Positions 1 through 17,340 are shown, counted from the stretch's first letter. The stretch is DNA of 64,000 nucleotides from Octopus vulgaris (GCA_951406725.2 OX597816.1:137578001-137642000), one strand, 5' to 3'. Program-made: numbers and translations. The notes: generated by a model from the letters alone, not told the origin.

Positions 1-183
1 CTCCTCCAGTTTTGCAATTGTTCATATGCATGTATGTGTGTATATGCACATGTGCACATGTAATGTACATCATTTACATACTCTATGTGTCTGTAGATAT
101 GTATGCCTCTATATGTGAGCGTATGTATGCGTGTGTGTAGCTGTGTGTGTGTTAGTCAATATATATTGTGTGTATGTGTGCCT

Positions 184-480
184 TTTACTCGTCTCAGTCA
201 TTGGACAGCAGCCATGCTGGGGCAGTCGACTTGAAGGGTTTTAGTCAAACGAATAAACTGCAGTACTTATTTTGTCCCCTTTGTCTGCTACTTACACTGT
301 CTCTTTTTATACTGAGACCATGCTGAGGCATCGAACGAATAGATCCAAAATAATACTTAATTGTCACTTCTTATCTAAAGTCTGGTATTCATTCTTTCGT
401 TCTCTGTCACTGAATGGCTAAGTTAGGGGGGGCGCAAACAAACCAATACCGGTTGTCAAGCTAGACAAACACACACACAC
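184..480 (-). mobile_element. Decayed 3' part of tRNA-derived SINE (family A)
   Basis: Matches in reverse the 3' half of the SINE at 2355-2880 (cagtcattggac..gccatgctgg, ctaagtta..gg..aaacaaaccaat..cggttgtcaag). Confidence 0.7.
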
Positions 481-483
481 ACA

Positions 484-518
<35 letters not shown>

Positions 519-519
<1 letters not shown>

Positions 520-835
520 CCCCTTCGGTCATTCATGACCGTGGGATTGCACCTAGAAAGTTCCCTTGTGAGGCACAGGGCTGGGCATTTTTATTTATGG
601 AAGATCAGCAGTCGCCCATGCATACCAGCGTCCACTCTCCATGCCACCGATGTTATCCAAGCGAAAGGCAAAGGCTGATACTGGTTGGCACCATTGACTC
701 ATTTCGACAGCTGAGTAAACTGGGGTCAAAGTGAAATAGTGTCTTGCTCAAGACCACAACACACAACCCGAGCTGGGAATCGAAGTCATTAGCTCAGGAT
801 TGTGAACCCGATGCTCTAAATATTGAATCATGCGC
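519..835 (-). mobile_element. tRNA-derived SINE (family C, CORE-like domain)
   Basis: Reverse complement resembles 62534-62860 and 42398-42560: tRNA-like head with gttcga-type B box, then ttgagcaagacact, and 3' ctttctaggtgcaatcccacggtcat. Confidence 0.75.
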
Positions 836-852
836 CTTCACTAATATATATG

Positions 853-991
<139 letters not shown>

Positions 992-1042
992 ACGTACATA
1001 CATACATACATACATACATACATACATACATACATACATACA

Positions 1043-1076
<34 letters not shown>

Positions 1077-1084
1077 CATACACA

Positions 1085-2053
1085 GTAACATCAGATTTTT
1101 CGCTGATGATTCCAAGCTCCAGAAGGTCATGAATGGCGTGGGTGACCGGATAAGCCTTCAGTCAGACCTACTGGCTGTTGTCCAATGGGCGGAAAAGAAC
1201 AACATGTTGCTAAAAGAAGACAAATTCGAATTGATTCGCTTTGGACTCTCTGAAACTCCCATACTCCTTTCCTTCTGGTGAAATTCTCATGGCATCTAAC
1301 AACACCAGACACTTTGGAGAAACTGTGGACAACAAGATAAGCTGGGCAACACATATAAGCAGCAAAGTTGACATGGCCCGCAGAATGTGTTCCTGGATTC
1401 TCAGAACCTTCCAGTCGCGAGATTCCCACACCATTATCCTTCTCTTGTCCACTTTTACCCGACCCCACCTTGAATAATGCTGTCCACTGTGATCTTCCTA
1501 CACGAAACAAAACATTATGAAAATTGAAGCTCTCCAAAGGTCAATCACGAAAAAGATAGATGGCATGTCGGACCTCGACTATTTGGGTCGACTAGAAAAG
1601 CTGAAACTCTATTCACTCCAACGACGCTGTGAACGCTACATTATTTGTATGATGTGGAAAATATTCCATCAACACTGTCCAAATGATGTTGGCATCACCC
1701 TCAAAATACACCCAAGACTTGGACCCCGTGCCATCCGTCCACAACAAAAATCTAAATCGCATCTCATAACAACAATACGGCACAATTATTTCACCTCAAT
1801 TGGCCCCGCTCTCTTCAACATTATACCAGGACACGTCAAAACAGAAACTGACCACACAAATTTGGATAAATTCCTCCAAGCAGTCCCGGACAAACCACCC
1901 ACATCCGGATATGTTTCCGCAAGCAATAACTCTTTTCTCGAATGGGCCTTGGTGCCCAAATCCTGAATTGAAAGACTTCGCCAGGTGGTGCTATTAACTT
2001 TGACATGGCCTGGGCCAATACTGGCCAAAACCTTTCTAAGTTATTCTAAGTTA
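1085..2053 (+). mobile_element. 5'-truncated CR1-type LINE: RT C-terminal part, 3' UTR and tandem tail
   Basis: Frameshifted translation [10 protein letters not shown]...RPHLE*CC...KIEALQRSITKKIDGMSDLDYLGRLEKLKLYSLQRRCERY (ORFs 1241-1477, 1517-1966); ends in the short tandem tail ttctaagtta x2. Confidence 0.85.
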
Positions 2054-2354
2054 TATATACAGGTATGTCATATTTTCCGTTTGTTGTCTTTTTATTCAAT
2101 CCTGAAAAAATCTACACATATAAATTTGGCATGGGCGATTCTTTCTTGTCTTGGGATTCACGGTCAAACAGCTGCATGGAATTGCGCCAAAAATTACATA
2201 GATGTATATAATGATCCGGTGTTGTTGCTGGGCTTTGTATCTTTTCATATCTGCCATGGTTTTTCATATCTGCATCAAAAAGGTGAAGATGAACTAACCT
2301 GGAAATGAATGCGTGGCATTCAAATACATACAAATAATAAATAATATATATACC

Positions 2355-2880
<526 letters not shown>

Positions 2881-2882
2881 GA

Positions 2883-2913
<31 letters not shown>

Positions 2914-2926
2914 TATACACAGGATA

Positions 2927-4067
2927 CAGGGTGTCTCGAAATTAAGGTAACCGAAGTTTCGGGCTTCAATATCCATCAATAAATGTGATAAAATATGAAA
3001 AATATACATCATTATACAAGCTTAGCGTGTCTTCTTTTTGTTTCAGACTAAATAAATTCATTGCCCGAGATACAATCATAACTCTCCACAAAGGATGCGA
3101 AAGTAATACAGCTATAGCAAAAAGGCTTAAAATTAACCCATCCACAGTCCGGAAAATTGTCAAGAAATTCCAAGAGACTGGGTGAAATCCTCGTCGTTCT
3201 GTCAAAAAACTGGCCTCCACGGCAAAAGTAAGTCGAATATCGATGTATCGAGTGCTGAAGGAGGACTTCTGGACCCACCCCTAGAAGATGATCCACTTTT
3301 ATGAGCTCATGCAAATTGATAAGGCCATGGAACTGGAGAGAATCCGTCTTATACTGCGTCAGATTGCTGAAGGTGCGCTGCCCAACCTGCTGTTTACTGA
3401 TGAAAAGAAATTTGACATCGAATAGACAGTAAACAACCAGAGTGACCGACTTTGGAGCGTATCTGGCTCTGTCGATCGTAAACTCGTAAACCCTCGTCAA
3501 AATTCAGTCAGTTAAGGTTTTCCCTCGGTTTTGTTCCCTCGGGTGTTAAAATTAACACCCAGCGATACATTAGCGACATTCTGGAAGCTGGACTGCTTCC
3601 TTGGGCAAATGAGCTCTTGCACGGAGTACTTTGGAGTCTCTAACAGGACTCGGTACCATCACACAGCTCCAAACAGCCATAGCACTGGATTCAGTAAAAC
3701 ATTCCGTCATTCATAGGCAAAGATGTATGGGCTTCAAGAAGCCCTGATCTCAACCCGTAAGATTTTTCTGTTTGGTTCATTTTGGAGATTAAGATCTCAA
3801 GTACTCCTCATTCTTCGCTCGACGATCTGAAGGCAAAACTGCGTCAGGAATGAGCTTCGATTCCGCAAGAAAAGCTGCATGCGGCGTGTGAAGCATTCAC
3901 ATCTACACCTAAGGCTGTGATTCGAAACAGAGTTGGTCATATCGAATAAACGTAGAAGTGCCATAATTGTGTTTCCTTTACTATAGTATTGCAACGCTCG
4001 GACTCGGAATATAGTATTTTGCATGAGCAAAATTGAAAATAGTCGGTTGCCTTAATTTTATGACACC

Positions 4068-4070
<3 letters not shown>
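2927..4070 (+). mobile_element. Decayed Tc1/mariner DD37D (maT-type) DNA transposon
   Basis: 26-bp TIRs (cagggtgtctcgaaattaaggtaacc / ggttgccttaattttatgacaccctg, 22/26) with TA on both sides; HTH (IAKRLKINPSTVRKIVKKFQETG), LFTDEKKF, and QD-37 residues-D ending SPDLNP*D; many stops. Confidence 0.92.
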
Positions 4071-4143
<73 letters not shown>

Positions 4144-4148
4144 GTGTA

Positions 4149-4186
<38 letters not shown>

Positions 4187-4581
4187 TGTGAGTGTTTGTA
4201 TACGACGGTCTTCTAGATTTGGTCTGCTAAATCCACTCACAAGTCTTGCCCACAGTGTCATTCAGTGGTATTCAACCCGCAACATGTTTAAGGAAGGAAA
4301 CATCTTACTACACAACCACACCCGCTCATACATACATACATACATACATACATACATACATACATACATACATACATACATACATACACACATACATACG
4401 TACATATACAGGCGGTTAATAATGGACCCTGATGAACCTGTACAGAAATTGACACCAGTAGGTTTCGTATGCAAGTATGTAACTCTGCAGTCGATGCAGT
4501 TGAAACGCGCGTAGGTTCACGAAAGAATGCTATATAAAGTTATAGATGTCTAAAAAATCTCCGTTCTCCTGATCATTATCA

Positions 4582-4649
<68 letters not shown>

Positions 4650-4883
4650 TTTATTCTTTATGTCTTTCAGTCATTTAATTGCGGCCATGCTGGAGCACCG
4701 CCTTTAGTCGAACAAATCGACCTAAGGACTTATTCTTTGTAAGCCTAGTATTTATTCTATCGGTCTCTTTTGTCGAACCGTTAAGTTACGGGGACGTAAA
4801 CACACCAACATCGGTTGTCAAACGATGGTGCGGTGGGAGAATCACAGACACACACACACGCACACACACTCACACACACACTC

Positions 4884-4916
<33 letters not shown>

Positions 4917-5045
4917 GACAGGCTTCTTTCAGTTTCTATCACCAAATCCACTCACAAGGTTTTGGTTGGCTTGAAGGTATAGTAGAAGACACTTGCCCAA
5001 GTTACTACGCAATCGGGTTAAACCACACAGCCACACCTGCGCCTG
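4650..5045 (-). mobile_element. SINE family A
   Basis: Reverse-complement match to 2355-2880. Confidence 0.85.
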
Positions 5046-5813
5046 TATATATGTATTTGAATATTTGAATATATGTTGCTAAAGGTGGTGCCCAATCATT
5101 GCCATTCTTTAGACTGAAACGCATAAAAGAATGAATAGGTCACTCAAGTGACTAATATGAGGATCGTATTTTTATTGGTTAGAGTGCAGATGGTGTCTTG
5201 TAATTGACAGGAAATGTTGTTTTCGATTTTTTGTCTATTTTTGGCTTCTTGTCTTTGTTGTTGCCTTGCTCCAGATCAGCCCTGTTTGAGCAAACGTATG
5301 ATCAAATGCAATCCTAGTCTGATTAACCAGCCTCTCTTAGAGCAATCATGGGCAGTGCGGCTTGCGGGACTTCCTAAATGGCACGCCGGAGAATAAAATA
5401 ATTTGAACTTTTCTTATTAGGGCGGCTTGCTTGAACACGTGCCATATCTGATGCAGCCCACTTCAATACTCTCATCGCAACCGCTTGCACTACTCTCACC
5501 ACCGCTAGCACAAGTACTACAACATACCACCAGTGCCACCACCATCACCATCACCACCACCACCAGGTGTCGGCTTTTTTTGTAATCCGTTACAATTATG
5601 ATTCAGTTGAATTATATACTTAAATTGAGGCACCTTGTTTAGGTCGGAGTAAGATACACACCCAAATGATATTAAGTGAATAACAAATTCAGTGTAGAAG
5701 TGCCAGCATCTGATATTCTTGCCTAATATAGAGATCCTCTCTTGGCTATTCAGATTTTACTTTACATTAAAATACTTTCTATATTTCCGAAGCGCAGATT
5801 TTAGGATAGGTGA

Positions 5814-6111
5814 ATAAAGTGTAAATAAGTAACAAAGAGGTGCAGGTAACAATTTATTACGGCCGTTTCAAGCGATTCCTTTAATTGATTAATGAAAACA
5901 TTACATCATTGCAAAGAAATCTTTTTTCGTCAGATGACTGCGTGAGCTTCAAACATAAAGGACAATCCGACTGGTTTAACAGTCACAACTCCACAGAGGA
6001 AACGGTTTCTTTGCAATGATGTAGTGTTTTCACTCATCAATTAAAAGAATCGCTTGAAACGGCCGTAATGAATTGACACCTCTGCCTCTTTGTTACTCAT
6101 CTATACTTTAT
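5814..6111. repeat. Imperfect inverted repeat (about 106-bp arms), probable PLE pLTR relic
   Basis: 5814-5919 is the reverse complement of 6006-6111; both arms carry the HHR-like half GAAAcggccgTA. Confidence 0.75.
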
Positions 6112-6114
6112 ATA

Positions 6115-6235
6115 AGTGGCTGTGTGGTAAGAAGCTTGCTTCCCAACCATATGATTCCAGGTTCAATCTCACTGCATGGCACTTTGGGCAAGTGTCTTCT
6201 ACTATAACCTCGGGCCAACTAAAGCATTATGAGTG
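6115..6235 (+). mobile_element. SINE family A, 5' fragment
   Basis: agtggctgtgtggtaagaagcttgcttcccaacc...ggcactttgggcaagtgtcttctactata. Confidence 0.8.
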
Positions 6236-6841
6236 GTTGTGGTGGTGGTGGTGATTGTAATGATGTGGTAGTTGTGGTGATGGTAGTGATTGTGGTGGTT
6301 GTGGTTGCGATGATGATAGTGGTGGTTGTGGTGATGGTGGTGGTGGTGATGGTAGTGGTGGTGAGAGTGGTGGTGGTTGTGGTCGTGACGGTGGTGATGG
6401 TAATTGTGGTGGTGGTGTTTGTTGTGGCGGTGGTGTTTGTTGTGGTGTTGGTGGTAGAAATGAAGATTATGGTTGTAGTGGTGGTGCTGGTTGCAGTGGT
6501 GGCGGTGGTGTATGATAGTATTTCTGCTAGTAGAGGTCATAGTAGTGCTAGTGGTAATTGTTGTTGCGATAGAAGTATTGATAGTTGTAACAGGATTATT
6601 GGAGGTGGCGGTGGGGGTTTTGTCGTGGTGGTACCATAGTAGAGTAGTGATCGTGATCGGGCTAATGGCGAAAGTAGTAGTACTATTGATAGTGGTGGTA
6701 GTATCAGTGGCAGTAGTGGCAGCGCATTGGTTTTTGTAGTAGTAGTAATTGTATTAGTAGTTGTAATAGTAGTTGTATTAGTAGTAGTAATAATAATAGC
6801 AGTAGCGACAGTAGTAATAGTAATAATTGTAGTAGTAGTAA

Positions 6842-6880
<39 letters not shown>

Positions 6881-7009
6881 AAATAATAGTAGTAATACCA
6901 GTAATAGTAGTAGTAGTAGCAGTAATTGTATTAAAAGTTGTAATAGTACTTGTAGTAGTAGTAGTAGTAGTAATAGTAATAGCTGTAGCAACAGTAGTAA
7001 TAGTAATAC

Positions 7010-7045
<36 letters not shown>

Positions 7046-7148
7046 CAGCACTGTAAATGTATTAGTAGTTGTAATAGTAGTTGTAGTAGTAGTAACAGTA
7101 ATAGCAGTAGCAACAGTAGTAATACTAGTAATTGTACAAGTAGTAATA

Positions 7149-7197
<49 letters not shown>

Positions 7198-7821
7198 CAG
7201 CAGCAACAGTAGTAATAGTAGTAATTGTAGTATTAGTAGAAATAGTGGTCGTAGGAGAAGTAGTAGTAGTAGTAATAGCAGCAACAACAGTAGTAATAGT
7301 AATAATTGTAGTAGTAGTAGTAGAAATAGTGGTCGTAGTAGAAGTAGTAGTGGCAGTAGTAATAGTAGTAGTAGTAATAGTGGTGGTAGTAGTAGTAATA
7401 TTAGTAGCAGTAGTAGCAATAGTAGTAGTAGTTGTAGTAGTAACAGTAGTAGCTGAAGTAGTAGTTGTTGCGATTGAGTAGCGTGGTTTTAATGGTGGTG
7501 GTGAATAGTAGTGGCTGTTGCTGTGATAGTGCTAGTATTATTGGTGGTGTGGTGATAGTATTGGCGGCAGAAGTATTGATGTCTCTACTCTAGTAGTGCC
7601 GTTATTGTTGTCGTTGTTGTTAATGGTGTTTAACGTATTCGTAGTGGTGGTGGTGGTAGTGGTGGTAGTTGTTGTAGTGGTGATTGTGGTGTATTACATA
7701 GTTGATGATGATCATGTGCTTGATGATGATGATGATGATGAGAGAAGATGATGAGGATGAGGTGGATGATGATGATGAAGACGATGTTCATAATGATGTT
7801 CATGTGATTATGAAGATGTTC

Positions 7822-7852
<31 letters not shown>

Positions 7853-7990
7853 CGATGAGGAGGAGGAGGTTAGTTGTCAGACTGCGTCGTTGGTTGTAGT
7901 GGTGTGGTATAGGTGGTAGTGGTTACAAGGGTGGTGGCAGCAGCATTGATAAAGATGTCGGTTGTCATATTGACGGTGATATTGGCGGTG
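6236..7990. repeat. Long degenerate trinucleotide tract (GTG)n/(GTA)n/(GAT)n
   Basis: Visible directly; produces the poly-V/L/H ORFs. Confidence 0.9.
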
Positions 7991-8405
7991 GCCGTTGCGG
8001 TAGCGAAGGAGAAAGTTTATGGATGAAAGAAAGGAGAATAATTGAGAAAAGATATGTGAATTTGTGTGATTAGGAAAAAGGAAGAAATAATATAAGGTGT
8101 AATAATATCGTAAATTAACTAGCATCTTGCTTTAGAGGAAGGAAAATTTAGTAAAGAACCTTGCTTATTGTCAGCGGACGAAGATCTTATCGTAATGCCG
8201 ACGATTGAAAAGACTAGAGCTATAGGAGGACAAGCTGTGCTCGTAAAGTACCCAATTTATATGTCACATTCCAATTACAAACACAGACACACTTATTCCT
8301 TGCCAAATTTGGTTCTCTCTTAGATTTGCAAACAAATTCGAAACATAAACAAAAAGAACTACAGAGTTTTCGAAAGAAAATGAAGAGAAACTTTGAGAGC
8401 GAACC

Positions 8406-8436
<31 letters not shown>

Positions 8437-9479
8437 AGGGGGGAGAGGGAGAGGAGACAGAGAAGAAGGAACAAAAAGAGAGACGATGAAAAGCGAAAGA
8501 GAGAGAGAGAGAGAGAGAGGGAGTGAGTGAGTAAGTGAGAGGACGAAGATAGAGAAATTGGAATTGAGAGAGAGTTTGTGAAAGATGGAAGCAAAAAGAA
8601 GACAAAAAATGGCAGCAGTATTTCTTTCTGGAGAAATATTTATGAGAGGAGAGTCCATAACTTTTCCATAATGGTTTCTGTAAATCAAAACCTGTTTTGC
8701 AAGCTAAGAAATTGTTTTGGGGAGGTGGTGCTGTCTTAACATTTGTGGGGACGGCTGGTGCAGATGGTTTATAGTAGAAGTGGTGGTGCCTTGGAGAGGG
8801 AGGGTGGAGCAGAGGCAGATCGCTGGTGGTGGTGGTGGTGATATTGGTGTTGGTGTTGGGGGTTGAGTGTGGCGAGAGGGCGGGGCGGCGCGGCGCGGCG
8901 AGAAAAGAAGAGAGGCAGTCTTGGCATTTTCTTTCATATAAATATAAGAGAATAGTTTGGTGACTGTTGTTGTTGTTGTCGTCGTTGTCGATGTCGTCGT
9001 CGTCGTTGTTGTTGTTGTTGTTGTTGTTACTATTTGTGTGTGTTTGGTGAGAGGGCTGGGTGCAGCGGTGGGAATTGGTACAGCGATGGAGATGGTGTTG
9101 GAGAGGAGAGGGAATTACGTGATGATGATGATGATTACGGTGGTGGTGGTGGTGTTGGTGATGCAGCTGCTGCTGATAGCGGGGTTTTGGACATAAACGA
9201 CTCGGAAGCAAATGAAATCGTTTAGAAATAGAAAGTAAGAGACAGAGAGAAATAAACGGGTGAGGAGGTGAGGTGGGGAGAAAATGAAACGGTAGGAGTG
9301 AAAACAGAGGGAGAGAAGGAGAAAGAAGAGGGGAGTGAGAGAGACAGGAAGTACGGGGATGAGGATAGAGAGCGGGCGATAGTGAGAGAGTGGAAAAGAG
9401 GAGAAAAGTGAATCGGAGAGCGGGAGAGATAGACAGATTGGCATATAGATAGATAGATAGATAGATAGAGAGTGAGAGA

Positions 9480-13210
<3,731 letters not shown>

Positions 13211-13379
13211 GTTGTTATATTCGGGACGGTCATTTTTCCCAAATAAACACACGCTCTATATATTAGTTCTTCTCTTCATTGTATGGGACCCTTTCATCGC
13301 ACATCTGTGACCTCTTCAGCGACTCTTTCCATCCACGTGTATCATTCTGCTCTGCTTGATAATTGTGTAAAGAAAGAGA

Positions 13380-13965
13380 AACTTAAAGAGGAAAAGAACA
13401 CAAAAAAAAAGAAACAGTATGGAAGGAGAAAAAGTGTACGTCCAGTTTGCAAGAGATACGAACGCCAAGACAGAAACAAAAGACCGGTGGTTATGGATGA
13501 AGAGGAATGACCTGAAGATAAATGCAGAAGCACTTATATGTGCAGCACAAGAACAAGCATTAATGCCTAACTATGTACAGTGCAGAATCGACAACACTAG
13601 CGACAGCGACAAATGCAAAATGCGTGATGAAAGGTGTGAAACGATATGACACATTGTTATCGAATGCCCGAAATTGGCACAACTCGATTACAAAAGACAG
13701 CATGACAATATGGCAAGAATGATACATTGGGAGGTCTGTGGAAATCACGGCCTACAAAGAGCAAAGATGTGCTATGAGCAAACCCCAGAAAGAGTCACCG
13801 AGAACGAAAATTGCAAAATCCTGTGGCATGCAATGATTTAGTGTGATCACCTGACCAGATATAGGAAAGTGGACGTTGTTGAGGTTAATAAAAAAGTAAG
13901 AAACCGCATGATAATTGACGTAGCATGTCCCAGTGACAACAGGACCAAAGAGAAAGAAGGGTTAT
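13380..13965 (+). mobile_element. R4/Dong-type non-LTR retrotransposon fragment (CCHC zinc knuckle and RLE endonuclease)
   Basis: Translation RWLWMKRNDLKINAEALICAAQEQAL..NY..CKM....ETI*HIVIECPKLA...YKRQHDNMARMIHW...KVDVV...IIDVACP. Confidence 0.85.
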
Positions 13966-14089
13966 TGAAGCATAACTAGTAAATAATTGTCACCTTAGTT
14001 TGTTGACTGTGGATAGCTGACACTTTCTATCATACCCAACAAAATAAGCTGAGAGTTTTCATCAAATAATAATAATGATAATAATAATC

Positions 14090-14236
14090 TTTTCTACTAA
14101 AGGTACAAGGCCTGAGATTTGGTGAGGGGAGGGGACTAGTCGATTCCACCAACTCCAGTGTTTGACAGGTACTTAATTTATCGACCCCGAAAGGGTGAAA
14201 GGCAAAGTCCACCTCAGCGGAATTTGAACTCAGAAT
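14090..14236 (-). mobile_element. SINE family B fragment
   Basis: Reverse match to 60331-60535 (tcgaccccgaaagg.tgaaaggcaaagtc.acctc.gcggaatttgaactcagaa). Confidence 0.8.
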
Positions 14237-14311
14237 TTAGCGACACAACGCGAGGACATGGAACAAATATAGTGTTATCGGACGCTCAGGAAAGGAAAGA
14301 AAGGAGGACAA

Positions 14312-14344
14312 TTTAACCTTTCGAGCGGAGCTCTTCGTCAGAAA
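14312..14344 (-). ncRNA. Minimal type I hammerhead ribozyme motif (stem III mutated)
   Basis: Minus strand ttt-CTGACGA-a-gagc(tcc)gctc-GAAA-gg-TT-aaa. Confidence 0.55.
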
Positions 14345-14421
14345 CATAGAAAAAGGAAAGGTCCAAGGAAGGAGAGACGAAGAAAGAAAACCGCCAACGA
14401 TACACACACGGTCACATATTA

Positions 14422-14465
<44 letters not shown>

Positions 14466-14807
14466 TACATAATTTTGACTTCTTAAGAAATTATAAACTT
14501 TCCTGCAGACCAACTTGTTTGACTACCCTGAGGATGTTCCCATAATTCGACGAAAAAACTTCTTTTTTCAGCAGCATGGAGCTCTAACACACTTTGCTAA
14601 TTGCGTGCATAACTACTTAAACCAGATTTCGAAGCATACGATGCTATAGATAATAGCATGTAAATATTGGGTTCAAAACCCTTTTAGGATCGAAAAAGGC
14701 GATGGCTGCTCGTGGAAATCGAACCTATATCTTCTGTAGACAAGGGCAGCCTTCGACTTTTTCATCACAATATTTACATAACATACAAATATATATGTAT
14801 ATATATA

Positions 14808-16073
14808 CAGGGTGTCCCAGAAGTCGCGCAGCGTCCTGTTTTTTTTTTTAATTCACCTTTTTTGATTTTAAAAACACTTGAAACTAATCATAACAAAAGC
14901 TCAAATTGAGTACCCTCTGCAATAAATCATGCCTCAATTCTCTTTATGAAACTGTCTTTCGCACTCCCGAGGGTAGAAAGGGTGATCTTTTGGTACTCAG
15001 TTGTTATTGCATCCTTCAAATCATCAAGAGTGCGTGGACGATTCTTGTACACAACAGATTTTAGATATCCCCCAAAGGAAATAGTCAAGGGGAGAAAGAT
15101 CTGGGGTTTGGGGTGGTCACTCCCTGGAACCTCTCCATCGTATCTATCTATTAGGAAAGGTCTGGTTTAAGTAGTTATGCACGCAATTAGCAAAGTGTGT
15201 TGGAGCTCTATCCTGTTGAAAAATGAAGTTTTTCGTCGAATTATGGGAACATCCTCAGGGTAGTCAAACAAGAAGTTCTGCAGGAGCTCTAAATAAGATT
15301 CATTGGTGACATTATTCTTAAAAAGTAAGGGCCAATGATTTCCTTCTCCCAGATTCAATCCCAGACCATGATCCACGAGTTGTTCTGATGGTGTCCCTCC
15401 TCATTCCAATGTGGATTGTTACCTGACCAATAGCGCATATTGTGTCGGTTTACTTGGCTATTCAAATGGAAAATGGTTTCATAATTGAAGAATATTGAAG
15501 AATCTGTATGTGCGCGAACCCATTCACAGAATTCCAATCGTCTATCTTAGTCATTACCATGAGGAGCTTGCACAAGATGCACTTTGTACGGATGAAATTT
15601 GTGAGTCTTGAGAATACGATACACTGATGATTTGCTAATGTTTAGCTCCTGGCTTACTCTTCTGACTGGTTTCACAGGACTATTAACAACTTTCGCCAAA
15701 ACAACAGTGGATGTTTATTCAACAGTCACACTCTTTGGTCACCCATATCTCTAACAGTAGGCCACTGAGCCAGTTTCTTGGAAACGTTTGGTCAAACAGC
15801 AGACAGTAGTGTGGCTCAGTGGTTCTCACTCAGGGTGCTTGCGGTTGAATTGTTCAGTTACTGAGCGGTGTGTTGCCCCATCTCTTCCAACATGAAAACA
15901 ATTTGAACTTCTTGTAATCTTATTTTATAAGCCATAATTCAATATGAAATATAGAAAAGATAGAAAATAAACTGAATGAAATAAAATAAATTAGAAAAAA
16001 TATTGAATCAAATAGATTGCGTCAATTATTTTAAATGAAAACCAGAATGGTGCGCGACCTCTGGGACACCCTG
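14808..16073 (-). mobile_element. Decayed Tc1/mariner DD41D (rosa/Visitor-type) DNA transposon
   Basis: 25-bp TIRs (cagggtgtcccagaagtcgcgcagc, 23/25) inside (TA)n; minus-strand FHLNSQVNRHNMRYW and FQQD-41 residues-D ending PQTPDLSPLD. Confidence 0.92.
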
Positions 16074-16099
16074 TATATATATATATATGTGTGTGTGTG

Positions 16100-16165
<66 letters not shown>

Positions 16166-16189
16166 GGAGAGAGAGAAAGATAAAGAGAA

Positions 16190-17340
16190 AAGATAATAAA
16201 CAGATTTGTTTTACAGGATTTAAGACTATTAAAGCCTTGATAATAATGATATTACACAATTTTGAACAAAATAAGGTTTTGTTCTTTCAACATAATTGAA
16301 GTAAAGACCGGTTTTGCATTACTCATCAAACTGAGAGTTGAAAGAGATAAATCGCTAGTGGGGAAAATATTGCTAGGGAAGATAATTGTTCACTCATTTA
16401 TTTTGCAGTAAATCTGTATTTTTTTTCTTTATTTTTTTGTGTTTTCTGCTTTATTCTGGCTTATATCTTCCATTAGATTGGGTAAGTACTTTATTTTTAA
16501 TATGGGTTCATATTTAATCCCAGTTTATATTTTTGGAAAAAAAAATATAAAGTTTTACTTGAGTTGAAGTCCAGAAGGCAAGTTGATTGAATGGCAAAAT
16601 TTCGGGTTGTGGTTGTAATCGTTCTGCACATTCGTCAATGTGTTGACTAGGTATATTTGGCGATATTGTGGGGAGGAAATTTGTTGTCCGTAATCTCTTT
16701 CGGATCGAATTCCTGTTGAGCCAATATAATTTCGATGGCAGCCCGAGCATCTGAGTAAATGAGGTTTTGGGAGGCGCAAGTGAAGTTAGATTTCATTTTG
16801 AATGTTTGTCTTTGTCTGAAATGAAATTCCGATCCTTCCAACAGATTGGGACATGTTCCGCAATTATGGCGACCACACTTTAGGACTCTTGCGTTCGCTG
16901 GTCTAGAAAATAGTTTGGCATTAGTGAGAATTTTCTCCAGTGTCTTAGGCTGTTTGCTGCTCTTAATGATTTTATGGCTACGTAGAATCTCCTTAAGTTT
17001 GGGCTCCCTATGGAGTATTGGAAGATTTTGGACGATGATATTGAATGCTTCTTTGTTTCTGGGATTGTATGTAGCGATATAAGGTAGTGCTTTGAGGGTA
17101 GATGTGCTCTTGTGTTTGGCTTTTGTTAATGTTTAATTATTAATCAATTTTGCACGTTTAATTCCCTCATTTATGAGTTGACTTGGGTAGTGCCTTCTGG
17201 AGTACATTTTTAAGCTCTTGCAATCTTAGTACTCTGGTATTTTTTTCGGATACTATGGTACAAATCCTTCTTGCAAGGTTGAAGTGGGTATTTGTTTTGA
17301 TATGTCTCAGGTGAAATGAGCTAAATAATAGATATTGCAC
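16190..17340 (-). mobile_element. Penelope-like element 3' fragment, Neptune-type (Cys linker, GIY-YIG, pLTR relic)
   Basis: Minus-strand translation YIATYNP..KCGRHNCGTCP..FTCASQNLIY / RCSGCHRNYIGSTG; degenerate HHR TTGATGAgtaatgcAAAAccggTC at about 16303-16332. Confidence 0.8.

Noticed and set aside
6202-7481. His-, Val- and Leu-rich ORFs
   Set aside because: Degenerate triplet microsatellite open in several frames on both strands.
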